From contig OZ219747.1 of the NCBI GenBank assembly GCA_964291265.2, positions 1,984,001-2,048,000 on the forward strand: a DNA stretch of 64,000 bases, written 5' to 3'. The notes under the pieces were generated by a model, which saw only the letters and a list, made by a program, of their open reading frames with translations, ran no database searches and had not been told where the DNA came from. The stretch comes from Alphaproteobacteria bacterium (lineage in GTDB: Bacteria > Pseudomonadota > Alphaproteobacteria > SP197). Positions 51,158 through 60,452 of the stretch are shown here, piece after piece. The translations under genes were made by a program, and so were the position numbers. Every line of letters begins with the position of its first letter. Within the stretch, counting starts at the first letter, position 1.

Positions 51158-54100
51158 GTGGGCGCCCTCGGGGGAACCGCCCGCCGCCTGAGCGCGGGAC
51201 TCGCTGCCCTCTTCCTCATCGCGCTGGCCACCGCCCTCGCGCCCAAGGACGCGCGGGCGCAGACCCCCACTCTTACGACAACGGCGGGCAACGGACAGGT
51301 GACGCTGAACTGGACGTATACCGGCAGCGGGCTAACCGGTTGGGGGTACAAGATCAATGGCGGCACATATAGTTGGGCTGGGACACCCATCGCTATTCCA
51401 GGTTCCAACGACAGCACCAGAAGCCACACGGTAACGGGCCTGACGAACGGAACCCTTTATCAGTTCATTGTCTACGCGCAGACTGCTACCAATACAGCTT
51501 TCCGTCAAAGCAGCGAAGCGAGCGCCACACCGCAGGTGCCAGCCCCGACACTGATCTCCGACGCGGACAGGACCATCAGGACCGCCGAGACGACGACGCT
51601 GGTGTGCTACAACCTGCTTTCGGTCTCGCACGGTGGGGTCACGTATCTGGAGACGCGTCAGGGCAAGACGGCCGTGACCGCGCATTCGGTGCTCTCCAAC
51701 GCGAGCCTCGGCGTCGAGATCACACAGGCTCCCGCCGGCATCACGAAGGGGCGCGGCGTCAACCTCAATCCCTGCGTCAATCTGGGCAAGGGCACACATA
51801 CTGTCACCTGGAGCTGGAGGGGCCAGGACGGCACCGCCACGGCGGGCACGACCTCCACCACCGTCACCATCACCGACCCCGCGCCCGCTTCCAAGACCGT
51901 CACCATATCGACCGCATCGACCACGATTACCGAGGGCGATTCCGGCAAGAAGGATGTGACGATCAACATCAAGCTCGGGGAGGGCACGCCATCTCGCACG
52001 GGGTTTGACGTTGAGTTTGTTGCCGACAGCAGCACGGCAACCGACAACACCAATGTTGGCACCACGTCTTGCAGTGCTCCGTCCAGCGGTGCGGATATCT
52101 GTTATCCCGGTGTATTCAGCAACAACGCATTTGCAAATGTTGAATTCGGGACGAATGGAAGTTTCAAAATCGGCATACTGGGCGACACGGTCGATGAGGG
52201 AACCGGGGAAACCGTCGCCCTGAGGCTTGTGCCCAACAGTCTGGCACGTTCGGATGGCTGGACGCAGAACAGCAACATGCTCATTCTCACCATCACTGAC
52301 AACGACGTAACGACCACGACCATGACGCCCTCTGCCCCGACGGGCCTGTCGGCAGCGGCGGGAAACGGGCAGGTGGTGCTGACGTGGAGCAACCCGAACA
52401 ATGCGAGCATCACCGGCTACAAGCTGCGCCACGGCAAGACGAGCGAAAAAAGCAGCGCGACCCTGGCCGCCATCCCGAGTTCGGGCGCCGGCACCACGAC
52501 CCACACGGTGACGGGCCTGGAGAATGGCAACGAGTACAGCTTCAGGCTGCTCGCGGTGAACAGCGTCGGCGATGGCGCCGAGACGGCCTGGGTGACGGCG
52601 ACGCCGCGGACGCCGACGGTCGCTGGCGTGACGATTTCGACGGCGGCGCTGACGGTGGAGGAAGGCGCCAGCGGCGCCTACACGGTGAAGCTGGACAAGG
52701 CGCCCTCGGCGGACGTGACAGTGACGGTGCGCGGCGCTTCGGGCGACGTGACGGTGGAGGGTTCGCCGCTGACCTTCACGACTGCCAACTGGAACATGGC
52801 GCAGACGGTGACGGCGCGCGCGGCCGAGGACCCGGACACGGCGGCGGACCCCGACGTGACGCTGACGCACAGCGCCTCGGGCGGCGGCTACGGCTCGGTG
52901 ACCATCGCCTCAGTCGTGGTGAGCGTGACCGAGAATGACACGCCGCCCGCGACGACGCCCACGCCTCCCGCCGCAGACGGAAGCGTGACGGTGACGCCGA
53001 CCGCGCTGAGGGTGTCGGAGGGCAGCAGCGCCGCCTACACGGTGGTGCTGGACGCGGAACCCTCGGGCGATGTCACGGTGACGGTGGGCGGCGCGTCGGG
53101 CGACGTGACGGTGGAACCGGCCAGCCTGACCTTCACGACCGCCAACTGGGACACGGCGCAGACGGTGACGGTGAGCGCGGCCCGTGACGAGGACACGACC
53201 GACGACACGGCGACGCTGACCCACAGTGCGAGCGGCGGCGGCTACGGTTCGGTGACCATCGATTCGGTGGCGGTGACGGTGACGGACACGACGCTGTTGC
53301 CGGTGCTGACCCTGGCGCGGGACCCTGCTGCGGTGACCGAGGGGCAGGACATCCGCCTCGCGGTGACCGCCGACCGGGCGCTGACGGGCAGCCTGACGGT
53401 GCGCCTGACGCTGGCGGCGCGCAATGCCAGCGGCTTCGATGCCGGTGACGTTCCGGGCGGTCTGGGGCCGCGTTCGTTCGATGCGGTGTTCGGCTCTGCG
53501 GCGCGCACCACGGGGGTGGTGACGATCCCGACGGCGGCGGATGCGGATGCGGAAGGCGCGGAAGCCTACCGCATCACGCTGAACGATGGTCCGGACTACG
53601 CGGTGGGGAGCGACGCGACGGCTGCGGGCGTGCTGCGCGACCGGGCGCCGGGGACCGTGTCACGGGCGAACCGGGTGAATGCCGCGGTGCTGCCGCATGT
53701 GGCGGCGGCGGCGATGTCGCGGACGCTGGGGGCGGTGACGGATCGGATCGAGGCGGCGGCGTCCGGCAGGCCGGGCAGTTCGCTGCGGTTCGGCGCCCTG
53801 CCGTCGTCGCCGGTCGGGTATGCCCGGTCCGCCCGGCCGCCGCGCCCGGAGGAGCGCGGTCCGACGCTGAGCGAGATACTGGACGGGGCGTCCTTCACGC
53901 TGGCGGCGGGCGCCGGGGAAGACGAGGCGTCCACGCCGCCGTTGGCGGTGTGGGGCCGGGGCGAGTGGCTGTCGCTGTCGGGTTCGGAGGACGGCGTGTC
54001 GTGGGACGGCGGTCTGTGGTCGGCGCAGCTGGGGGCGGATGTGCGGGTGCGCCCGGACCTTCTGGCCGGGGCGGCGCTGTCCCATGCGCGGGGCGAGCTG

Positions 54101-55054
54101 GACACGCAGACGACCGATGGCGGGGTGAAGGGCGTGCACGAGACGACGATCACGTCGGTGCATCCCTATGCGGGGTGGCTGCTGCCGGACGGCTCGACCC
54201 TGTGGGCGAGCCTCGGCTACGGGACCGGCGAGGTGCGGATTGCCGAGGAGGGCGCGCCTTCGCGGACCGCCGACCTGACGCAGTGGAGCGCGTCTGCGGG
54301 CGGCCGCAGCGTCCTGGTCGAGGATGCGGAGCTCATCGAAGGCGGCATGACGCGCCTTGCGGTGAAGGGCGAGGGCGCGCTGGCGCGTCTGCGCACGGGG
54401 TCCGATGACGGACTGGCTGGGCTGACGGCGAGGACGACGCGGCTGCGTCTGCTGCTGGAGGGCTCGTACGAGCACGCGCTGGCGGGCGGCGCGACGCTGA
54501 CGCCGGCGCTGGAGGCGGGGGTGCGCCATGACGGCGGCGACGTTGCCGAGGGGGCGGGCCTCGAGGCCGGTGCGGGCGTGACATGGCAGGACCCGGCGGC
54601 GGGCCTGACGGCGGAGCTGCGCGCGCGGCTCCTGGCGGCGCATGAGGCGGACCGCGACGAGTGGGGGGTGAGCGCGCTTGTGCGCCTCGATCCCGGGGCC
54701 GACGGGCGCGGGACGTTCCTCGCCTTCGGTCCTGCGCACGGGCTCACGGAGAGCGGCCTCGGCCAGTGGTTCGACCACGGTCTGCCCGCGTCTGCATCCG
54801 CCGCGGCGCCGGCAGAGGCGGAGAGCCGCCTTGAGGCCGAGGTGGGGCACGGGTTCGGCCTTGCCGGTCCGGGGCCGCTGGCGGTGCTCACCCCCTGGGC
54901 CGGCTTGAGCCTGGCGGAGACGGGCGGGCGCACCCTGCGGCTCGGCGCGCGCTACCGCATGGGCGCGGGGCTCTCCCTTGGCCTCGAGGGCGCGCACCGG
55001 CCGGGCCCGGCCCCCGAAGACAGCCTCATGCTGCGCGGCGCGCTGCGATGGTAG
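51158..55054 (+). CDS. Large surface protein: FN3 and Calx-beta/Ig-like repeats with autotransporter beta-domain
   Basis: Signal ending ARA-Q; two FN3 units (AGNGQV.L.W...HTVTGL.NG..Y); ITEGD...ITDND; two LTFTTANW..AQTVT repeats; barrel ending LRGALRW. Confidence 0.88.
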   Translation: MGALGGTARRLSAGLAALFLIALATALAPKDARAQTPTLTTTAGNGQVTLNWTYTGSGLTGWGYKINGGTYSWAGTPIAIPGSNDSTRSHTVTGLTNGTLYQFIVYAQTATNTAFRQSSEASATPQVPAPTLISDADRTIRTAETTTLVCYNLLSVSHGGVTYLETRQGKTAVTAHSVLSNASLGVEITQAPAGITKGRGVNLNPCVNLGKGTHTVTWSWRGQDGTATAGTTSTTVTITDPAPASKTVTISTASTTITEGDSGKKDVTINIKLGEGTPSRTGFDVEFVADSSTATDNTNVGTTSCSAPSSGADICYPGVFSNNAFANVEFGTNGSFKIGILGDTVDEGTGETVALRLVPNSLARSDGWTQNSNMLILTITDNDVTTTTMTPSAPTGLSAAAGNGQVVLTWSNPNNASITGYKLRHGKTSEKSSATLAAIPSSGAGTTTHTVTGLENGNEYSFRLLAVNSVGDGAETAWVTATPRTPTVAGVTISTAALTVEEGASGAYTVKLDKAPSADVTVTVRGASGDVTVEGSPLTFTTANWNMAQTVTARAAEDPDTAADPDVTLTHSASGGGYGSVTIASVVVSVTENDTPPATTPTPPAADGSVTVTPTALRVSEGSSAAYTVVLDAEPSGDVTVTVGGASGDVTVEPASLTFTTANWDTAQTVTVSAARDEDTTDDTATLTHSASGGGYGSVTIDSVAVTVTDTTLLPVLTLARDPAAVTEGQDIRLAVTADRALTGSLTVRLTLAARNASGFDAGDVPGGLGPRSFDAVFGSAARTTGVVTIPTAADADAEGAEAYRITLNDGPDYAVGSDATAAGVLRDRAPGTVSRANRVNAAVLPHVAAAAMSRTLGAVTDRIEAAASGRPGSSLRFGALPSSPVGYARSARPPRPEERGPTLSEILDGASFTLAAGAGEDEASTPPLAVWGRGEWLSLSGSEDGVSWDGGLWSAQLGADVRVRPDLLAGAALSHARGELDTQTTDGGVKGVHETTITSVHPYAGWLLPDGSTLWASLGYGTGEVRIAEEGAPSRTADLTQWSASAGGRSVLVEDAELIEGGMTRLAVKGEGALARLRTGSDDGLAGLTARTTRLRLLLEGSYEHALAGGATLTPALEAGVRHDGGDVAEGAGLEAGAGVTWQDPAAGLTAELRARLLAAHEADRDEWGVSALVRLDPGADGRGTFLAFGPAHGLTESGLGQWFDHGLPASASAAAPAEAESRLEAEVGHGFGLAGPGPLAVLTPWAGLSLAETGGRTLRLGARYRMGAGLSLGLEGAHRPGPAPEDSLMLRGALRW

Positions 55055-55355
55055 GAGAACGTCCGGTAGTGGCGCGCCAGGTCTCCGGCACGGCGTTCAT
55101 CGCCTGACCGCGCGGCGCTTGCCGTCAAAGGGCGGGACCGCGCCGCGCCGTCGTTCGGTGACCGGTTGAGTTCCCTCGTGCACCGCGCGCAAGAAGGCGC
55201 CCGGCAAGCATGACCTTTTTTCACGGTCTGGAGGAACGCTTGCCGTCATGCCCTTCGGGCGATGGACCGTTTGTCGGCATGCGCGAGTGTTGATGGCTGC
55301 ATAGAACGGCGGGATTTCGGCGATTTGCCGCGCTTTGTCAGGGTCGTGTTTCTTC

Positions 55356-55451
55356 CCTGTTGTCAGGTCCTATTGTCACGTCCTGTTGTCGTGGGTTCAG
55401 TGTTCGGTTGATTGTCTCACCGAGCGTCGCCGTCTTTTCCTATTGTCGTTT
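55356..55451 (+). repeat. 13-bp subterminal repeats CCT(G/A)TTGTC
   Basis: Tandem units at 55356, 55369 and 55382, with a fourth at 55439. Confidence 0.8.
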
Positions 55452-55772
55452 TGGTCCGGTTCGGGTTGTTCCGTCGGCCTCTGCTTCGGTCTTGGTGAGG
55501 GTTGCCGGGAGGGTTCCGGTTCCGAGGCACTCGCGGGATCGTCTGTTTTCCCTGTGGTCTGGGTCGCGTTGTCCGGTCCCGGGGCGGCGACTTTGCCGCC
55601 GCCCCGGGTGGATGCTAGATCGGCATCGAAAGAAAGAGCGATGCGATGCCGGGCAGAGTTGTGATGACGACCCCCGGCGCAGCACCCGGACGAGCCGGTC
55701 ACGGGGGACCGAACTCCCGTGTATTGTCGAGCCATTTTGCGTCCGGGTCCACCCCCGCTCTCGAGACGGATC

Positions 55773-56249
55773 GTGTGCACGACGGGACGACTGTTCAACT
55801 GCAAGCGGTGTCAGCGGCAGGTTGTTCTCTGCCGGTCGTGTGACCGGGGGCATGTGTATTGCTCCGATGAGTGCAGGGAGCGGTCCCGGATCGAGCGGCG
55901 CCGCGCGTCGCGTCGTCGCTACCAGAGCACGCTGAGGGGCCGTGAGACGGGCCGTCACCGCCAGCGGCGTTACCGGCTCCGCAAGGCGGAGGAGGCGCGT
56001 GCGTTGAAGGCCAGGGCGGCGATGCTTGCCGAGATCATGGGCACGCAGACGTCTGCTGTGGTGCTGCTTGGCGACGTTCCGGCGGTGTCTGGAGACGCCG
56101 GTTCCGAAGAAATCGTTACGGACCACCCTTCCCGACTGCTGCCGACCTCCCTACCTGCGGTTGTGAAGGCGCAAGAGCGACGCGAATCGCCGCTTCGGTG
56201 CGCCCGTTGCGGACGGGTCGTGACGCATGTGGTGCTGAGGGACCCGTGA
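55773..56249 (+). CDS. Cys-rich, Arg-rich hypothetical protein upstream of istA
   Basis: CKRC...CRSC...YCSDEC zinc ligands, basic helix, C-terminal CARC; start uncertain. Confidence 0.75.
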   Translation: MCTTGRLFNCKRCQRQVVLCRSCDRGHVYCSDECRERSRIERRRASRRRYQSTLRGRETGRHRQRRYRLRKAEEARALKARAAMLAEIMGTQTSAVVLLGDVPAVSGDAGSEEIVTDHPSRLLPTSLPAVVKAQERRESPLRCARCGRVVTHVVLRDP

Positions 56250-56281
56250 TGCGGCGTTGAGGAACCAGAGGGAGGGAGTTC

Positions 56282-57775
56282 ATGGCGATCGACGAGGACA
56301 CGCGGGCGACGATCGTGCGGCTGTCGCGGGCCGAGGGCTGGGCTGTGGGGACGATTGCCCGGCATCTCGGCGTGCACCACGGCACGGTGACGCGGGCGCT
56401 CAAGGCGTCGGGGCAGGAGCGGCGGCCGCGGGCCAAGCTCATCGACCCCTTCGTTGCCTTCCTCGGGGAGCGTCTTGAGGCGTCGCCGGACCTTCCGGCC
56501 AGCACGCTCTGGCGACAGGTCGTGGCTCTGGGCTACCGCGGCGGCGAGGATCACTTCCGTCACGACCTGCGCCGCCTTGGGCTGAGGCCGGTGAAGAGGC
56601 CCGAGCCGTCGCTGCGGCTGAGCTTCCTTCCGGGCGAGCAGGCGCAGGTTGACTGGGCCGAGTTCGGGAAGGTCCGCATCGGCCGGGCGGAGCGCAGGCT
56701 CATGGGGCTTCTCGTCACCCTCAGCTACTCGCGCCAGACTGTCCTGAGCCTGTTCCACGACGCGCGGATGGCCAGCTTCCTGCAAGGCCATGTCGAGGCT
56801 TTCGCGGCATTCGGGGGTGTGCCGCGGAGGCTTCTGTACGACAACCTGAAGAGTGCCGTGGTGACGCGCCGCGGCAAGGCGGTCACCTATCATCCGATGC
56901 TGCTCGGCCTCGCGGCCCACTATGCCTTCGAACCGAGCGCCGCCTGGCCCAGGAGCCCGCAGGAGAAGGGCCGCGTGGAACGCCGTGTGCGCTTCGCGCG
57001 CACCGGGTTCTTCGCCGGGCGCGACATCACGGTCCCGCTCGGCGAGCTCAACGCCGCGGTTCGGGAGTGGTGCTTCGGCGCCGCCGCGGAGCGGCCCTGG
57101 CCGGACGACGACAGTCTCCTGGTGCGGGACGCCTTCGCCCGGGAGAGGGAGCACCTGATCGTCCTTCCCGTCGACCCCTTCCCGCATCACGAGGTCCGCC
57201 CGGTGCGCATCGACAAGACCTGCCACGCCCGCTTCGACACCAACGACTACAGCGTTCCGGGTAGCTTCTCCAAGGCCCTGCTGACGCTGGTCGCCGACCG
57301 CGACGAGGTTCGCATCCTCGACGGCGCCGACGAGGTCGCGCGCCACCGACGCTCCTACGACAGGAAGCAGGCCGTCACCGATCCGGAGCATGCCAGGGCG
57401 ATCGCCGCGGGCAAGCGGCGGGCCCGCTCCATGAGCGTCCGCGACCGGGTCCTGCGCACCGTGCCGCGGGCCGAGGAGATGCTGGCGCGCGCCGGGACCA
57501 ACGGGCGCAACGTGGCCTCCTGCGCCCGGATGCTGGAGACGCTTCTCAACGCGCACGGCGCCGACGCTCTCGACCGGGCTGTCGCCACGGCGCTGGAGCG
57601 CGGCTCGTGCCACCCCGAAACCGTGCGCGTCATCATCGAGGAGCGCCGCCGGGAGCAGGGCCTGCCGCCCCTCAGCATCGCCGACGACGGCCGCGGCGGC
57701 CGTGGCACGACGCCGCGGGGGACCGCTCTCGACGCCTACGACAGGCCCGAAGCCAGCGCCAGGAACAAGACATGA
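56282..57775 (+). CDS. istA: IS21 family transposase
   Basis: N-terminal HTH, PGEQAQVDW, LSYSR, YDNLKSAV, EKGRVER, DTNDYSVP; GGAGG RBS. Confidence 0.95.
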   Translation: MAIDEDTRATIVRLSRAEGWAVGTIARHLGVHHGTVTRALKASGQERRPRAKLIDPFVAFLGERLEASPDLPASTLWRQVVALGYRGGEDHFRHDLRRLGLRPVKRPEPSLRLSFLPGEQAQVDWAEFGKVRIGRAERRLMGLLVTLSYSRQTVLSLFHDARMASFLQGHVEAFAAFGGVPRRLLYDNLKSAVVTRRGKAVTYHPMLLGLAAHYAFEPSAAWPRSPQEKGRVERRVRFARTGFFAGRDITVPLGELNAAVREWCFGAAAERPWPDDDSLLVRDAFAREREHLIVLPVDPFPHHEVRPVRIDKTCHARFDTNDYSVPGSFSKALLTLVADRDEVRILDGADEVARHRRSYDRKQAVTDPEHARAIAAGKRRARSMSVRDRVLRTVPRAEEMLARAGTNGRNVASCARMLETLLNAHGADALDRAVATALERGSCHPETVRVIIEERRREQGLPPLSIADDGRGGRGTTPRGTALDAYDRPEASARNKT

Positions 57776-58473
57776 GCGAGCTCAGGGAGCGTGCCCGGGC
57801 GCTCGGCCTCCACGGGCTCGTCGAACGCTGGGACGAGGTCGCCGGGACCGCATGGATCGAGGAGGTGGTCAGCGGCGAGGAACAGGCCCGCAGGGCCCGC
57901 AGCCACGAGCGCCGCCGCGCCGCGGCGCGGCTGCCCGCCTTCAAGCCCCTGGCGGACTTCGACTGGACATGGCCGCGCGACATCAGCCGGGCTCATGTCG
58001 AAGCGCTCCTCGGCCTCGGCTTCGTCGACCGTGCGGACAACGCCGTGCTCGTCGGCGGGCAGGGCACCGGAAAGACCATGATCGCCGCCAACGTGGCGCA
58101 CCAGGCCCTGCTGCACGGCCACACCGTCCGCTTCGAGAAGGCGCCGGAACTGCTCGAGGCACTCGCCGAGACCGTCTCGCGCAGCGAGCTGCGCCGCCGC
58201 CTCGCGATCCTCGCCAGGCCCCGCCTGCTCGTCCTCGACGAAATCGGCTACGTGACCCTCGAAAGCCACCATGCCGACATCCTCTACGCCATCGTCTCGC
58301 GGCGCTATCAGCGCCGCTCGACCATGGTCACGACAAGCCTCGCCTTCGCCCAGTGGGACCGCGTCTTCCCCAGCGCCTCCGGCATCGCCGGCACCGTCGA
58401 CCGGCTCATGCACGACGCAACCCTCATCTCCATCGACAGCGACTCCTGGCGGCTCAGGCGTGAAACCCGATAA
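57772..58473 (+). CDS. istB: IS21 helper ATPase
   Basis: ATGA overlap; DFDW, GGQGTGKT, LVLDEIGY, RYQRRS, DRLMH, SWR. Confidence 0.95.
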   Translation: MSELRERARALGLHGLVERWDEVAGTAWIEEVVSGEEQARRARSHERRRAAARLPAFKPLADFDWTWPRDISRAHVEALLGLGFVDRADNAVLVGGQGTGKTMIAANVAHQALLHGHTVRFEKAPELLEALAETVSRSELRRRLAILARPRLLVLDEIGYVTLESHHADILYAIVSRRYQRRSTMVTTSLAFAQWDRVFPSASGIAGTVDRLMHDATLISIDSDSWRLRRETR

Positions 58474-59353
58474 ACCCCGCCGCGTCGACTTCGACGCCGT
58501 CAAGCGCATGCCGTTCGAACGCATCGCCGCCGACTGGGGATACGTCCGCGACGAACAGGCCTCGACACGCGCCAACCCCGTCCTGTGCGCACCCGGCCTG
58601 CCGAAGCTCGTCACGAAGTGCCTCAACAACGGACACTGGGTCTACTTCAACACCCAGAACGATGAAGACAACGGAACCGTCATCGACTTCATGCTCAACC
58701 GCGGACTGGCCTTCGCCGACATCTGCACCCGCTTCGCAGCACCCGACGCCGCGCCACGCGACTTCCGCAGCCTCTGGGCCGCGGCAACGCCCGATGCGGC
58801 CCCGGACTGGCTCACCGGGCGCGGCATCCTCCCGGAGACCCTCGACACCTGCCGCCCCCTGGTCCGCCGCGACCACAACGGACGCGTCCTCTTCGCCCAT
58901 CGCAACAGGAAGCGAAAGCTCACCGGCTTCGAGATCGGTCCCCCCGACGGACCGAAACGCTTCGCCACCGGTGGAACCCGAAGCCTGTTCGCCGTCCGCG
59001 CCGGAACCGCCGCGGACCTCGAGGCCCTCGTCATCACCGAAAGCGCCGTCGACGCCCTCAGCCTGGCCCAGATCGACCAATGTCCCCCCAGCCACGCCTT
59101 CCTCTCCACCGCCGGGGCACCCTCGCGAAGACAGCACGAACAGATCAGCCTCGCCGCAAGCAGCCTGCCCAACGTCAGGACCATCGTCCTCGCCCAGGAC
59201 CACGACGAGGCCGGAGAGCGACAGGCCGAAACCCTGCGCAAAAAGATGAAGCTCCCCTCCCACGTCTCGTTCCACAGACGCAGACCGCCGGAAAACGCCG
59301 ACTGGAACGACGTCGTCAACGCCAGGACCAAAGAACCACAAGCGAGATCATGA
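58460..59353 (+). CDS. DUF3991/Toprim primase-like protein
   Basis: YFN..D.GTVIDF, WLTGRGI, FAH...GFE, ITESAVDALS, STAG, LAQDHDEAG, DWND; overlaps istB end. Confidence 0.82.
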   Translation: MKPDKPRRVDFDAVKRMPFERIAADWGYVRDEQASTRANPVLCAPGLPKLVTKCLNNGHWVYFNTQNDEDNGTVIDFMLNRGLAFADICTRFAAPDAAPRDFRSLWAAATPDAAPDWLTGRGILPETLDTCRPLVRRDHNGRVLFAHRNRKRKLTGFEIGPPDGPKRFATGGTRSLFAVRAGTAADLEALVITESAVDALSLAQIDQCPPSHAFLSTAGAPSRRQHEQISLAASSLPNVRTIVLAQDHDEAGERQAETLRKKMKLPSHVSFHRRRPPENADWNDVVNARTKEPQARS

Positions 59354-59670
59354 CCACGTCCGTCACAAGGAGACCACTCATGCCCCTCACGCCCGCCGAA
59401 AAGCAGCGGCGATACCGGGAACGGCGCAAGGCCGGCATCCCTCCCGTCCACACCCCAAAGCATCGTGACCGGCGCTCGCGACCGCAACGCTGGAACGACG
59501 CCGTGGCCGAACTGCGCGCCCTGCAGGACGAATGGCGTGACCGCCTCGACAGCATCCCCGAAAGCCTCCGTGACACGCCTTACGGAGAACGCCTGCAGAG
59601 CGTCGCCGATGCCGACATCGAGGCCCTCGAGGACATCGAACCGCCACGCGGCTACGGAAGGGATACGTGA
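59350..59670 (+). CDS. Small hypothetical protein
   Basis: ATGA overlap with Toprim gene; LTPAEKQRRYRER, SRPQRW, C-terminal EPPRGYGRD. Confidence 0.75.
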   Translation: MTTSVTRRPLMPLTPAEKQRRYRERRKAGIPPVHTPKHRDRRSRPQRWNDAVAELRALQDEWRDRLDSIPESLRDTPYGERLQSVADADIEALEDIEPPRGYGRDT

Positions 59671-60240
59671 TCCCGCAAGACCCTTGAACGCGGTCACGCG
59701 TTACCATCCAGGAATGAGAACGTCTCACCCCGACGCGCTTCTCAGCCTCCCCGGGGAAACCCCCGGGCCGTCCAAACGACACCGCATCACGAGACTGCCG
59801 CAGCCGCTGGCCGGACTGGCTTACAGGTCGCAGCATCCGCCCGAAAACACTCGACGCCTGCCGCACCCTGCAGGACGAATGGCGTGACCGCCTCGACAGC
59901 ATCCCCGAAAGCCTCCGTGACACGCCTTACGGAGAACGCCTGCAGAGCGTCGCCGATGCCGACATCGAGGCCCTCGAGGACATCGAACCGCCACGCGGCT
60001 ACGGAAGGGATACGTGATCCCGCAAGACCCTTGAACGCGGTCACGCGTTACCATCCAGGAATGAGAACGTCTCACCCCGACGCGCCTCTCAGCCTCCCCG
60101 GGAAACACCCGGGCCGTCCAAACGACACCGCATCACGAGACTGCCGCAGCCGCTGAGCCGCAGCAACGCCCGATCCGCCGCCGGACTGGCTCACAGGTCG
60201 CAGCATCCGCCCGAAAACACTCGACGCCTGCCGCACCCTG
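59519..60240 (+). repeat. Tandem duplication of ~350-370 bp
   Basis: 59519-59865 and 59866-60235 near-identical; second copy 23 bp longer; CCCTGC at all junctions. Confidence 0.9.
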
Positions 60241-60452
60241 CGCCGCCGCAACCGCAACGCACGCAGCCTCTTCGCCCAGCGCAACAGAAACCGTCAGCTC
60301 TCCAGCCTCGAGATCGTCCCGCCCGACGAACCACGACGAGGACGGAGAACGCCAGAACGAAACCACGCGCAAAAGCCTGAAGCTCCCCTCCCACATCACG
60401 TTCCACAAACGCCGAACGCCAGAAAACGCCGACCGGAACGACATCGTCAACG
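60140..60452 (+). pseudogene. Diverged, internally deleted copy of the Toprim gene
   Basis: Aligns to 58761-58953 and then jumps to about 59199-59320. Confidence 0.85.

Noticed and set aside
59519-60240. CRISPR-like array
   Set aside because: It is a two-copy ~350-bp tandem duplication with no repeat-spacer structure and no cas genes
60140-60452. Toprim relic as a DGR template repeat (many differences are A in the copy)
   Set aside because: Most mismatches are not at adenines, the copy has a large deletion, and there is no reverse transcriptase in the window
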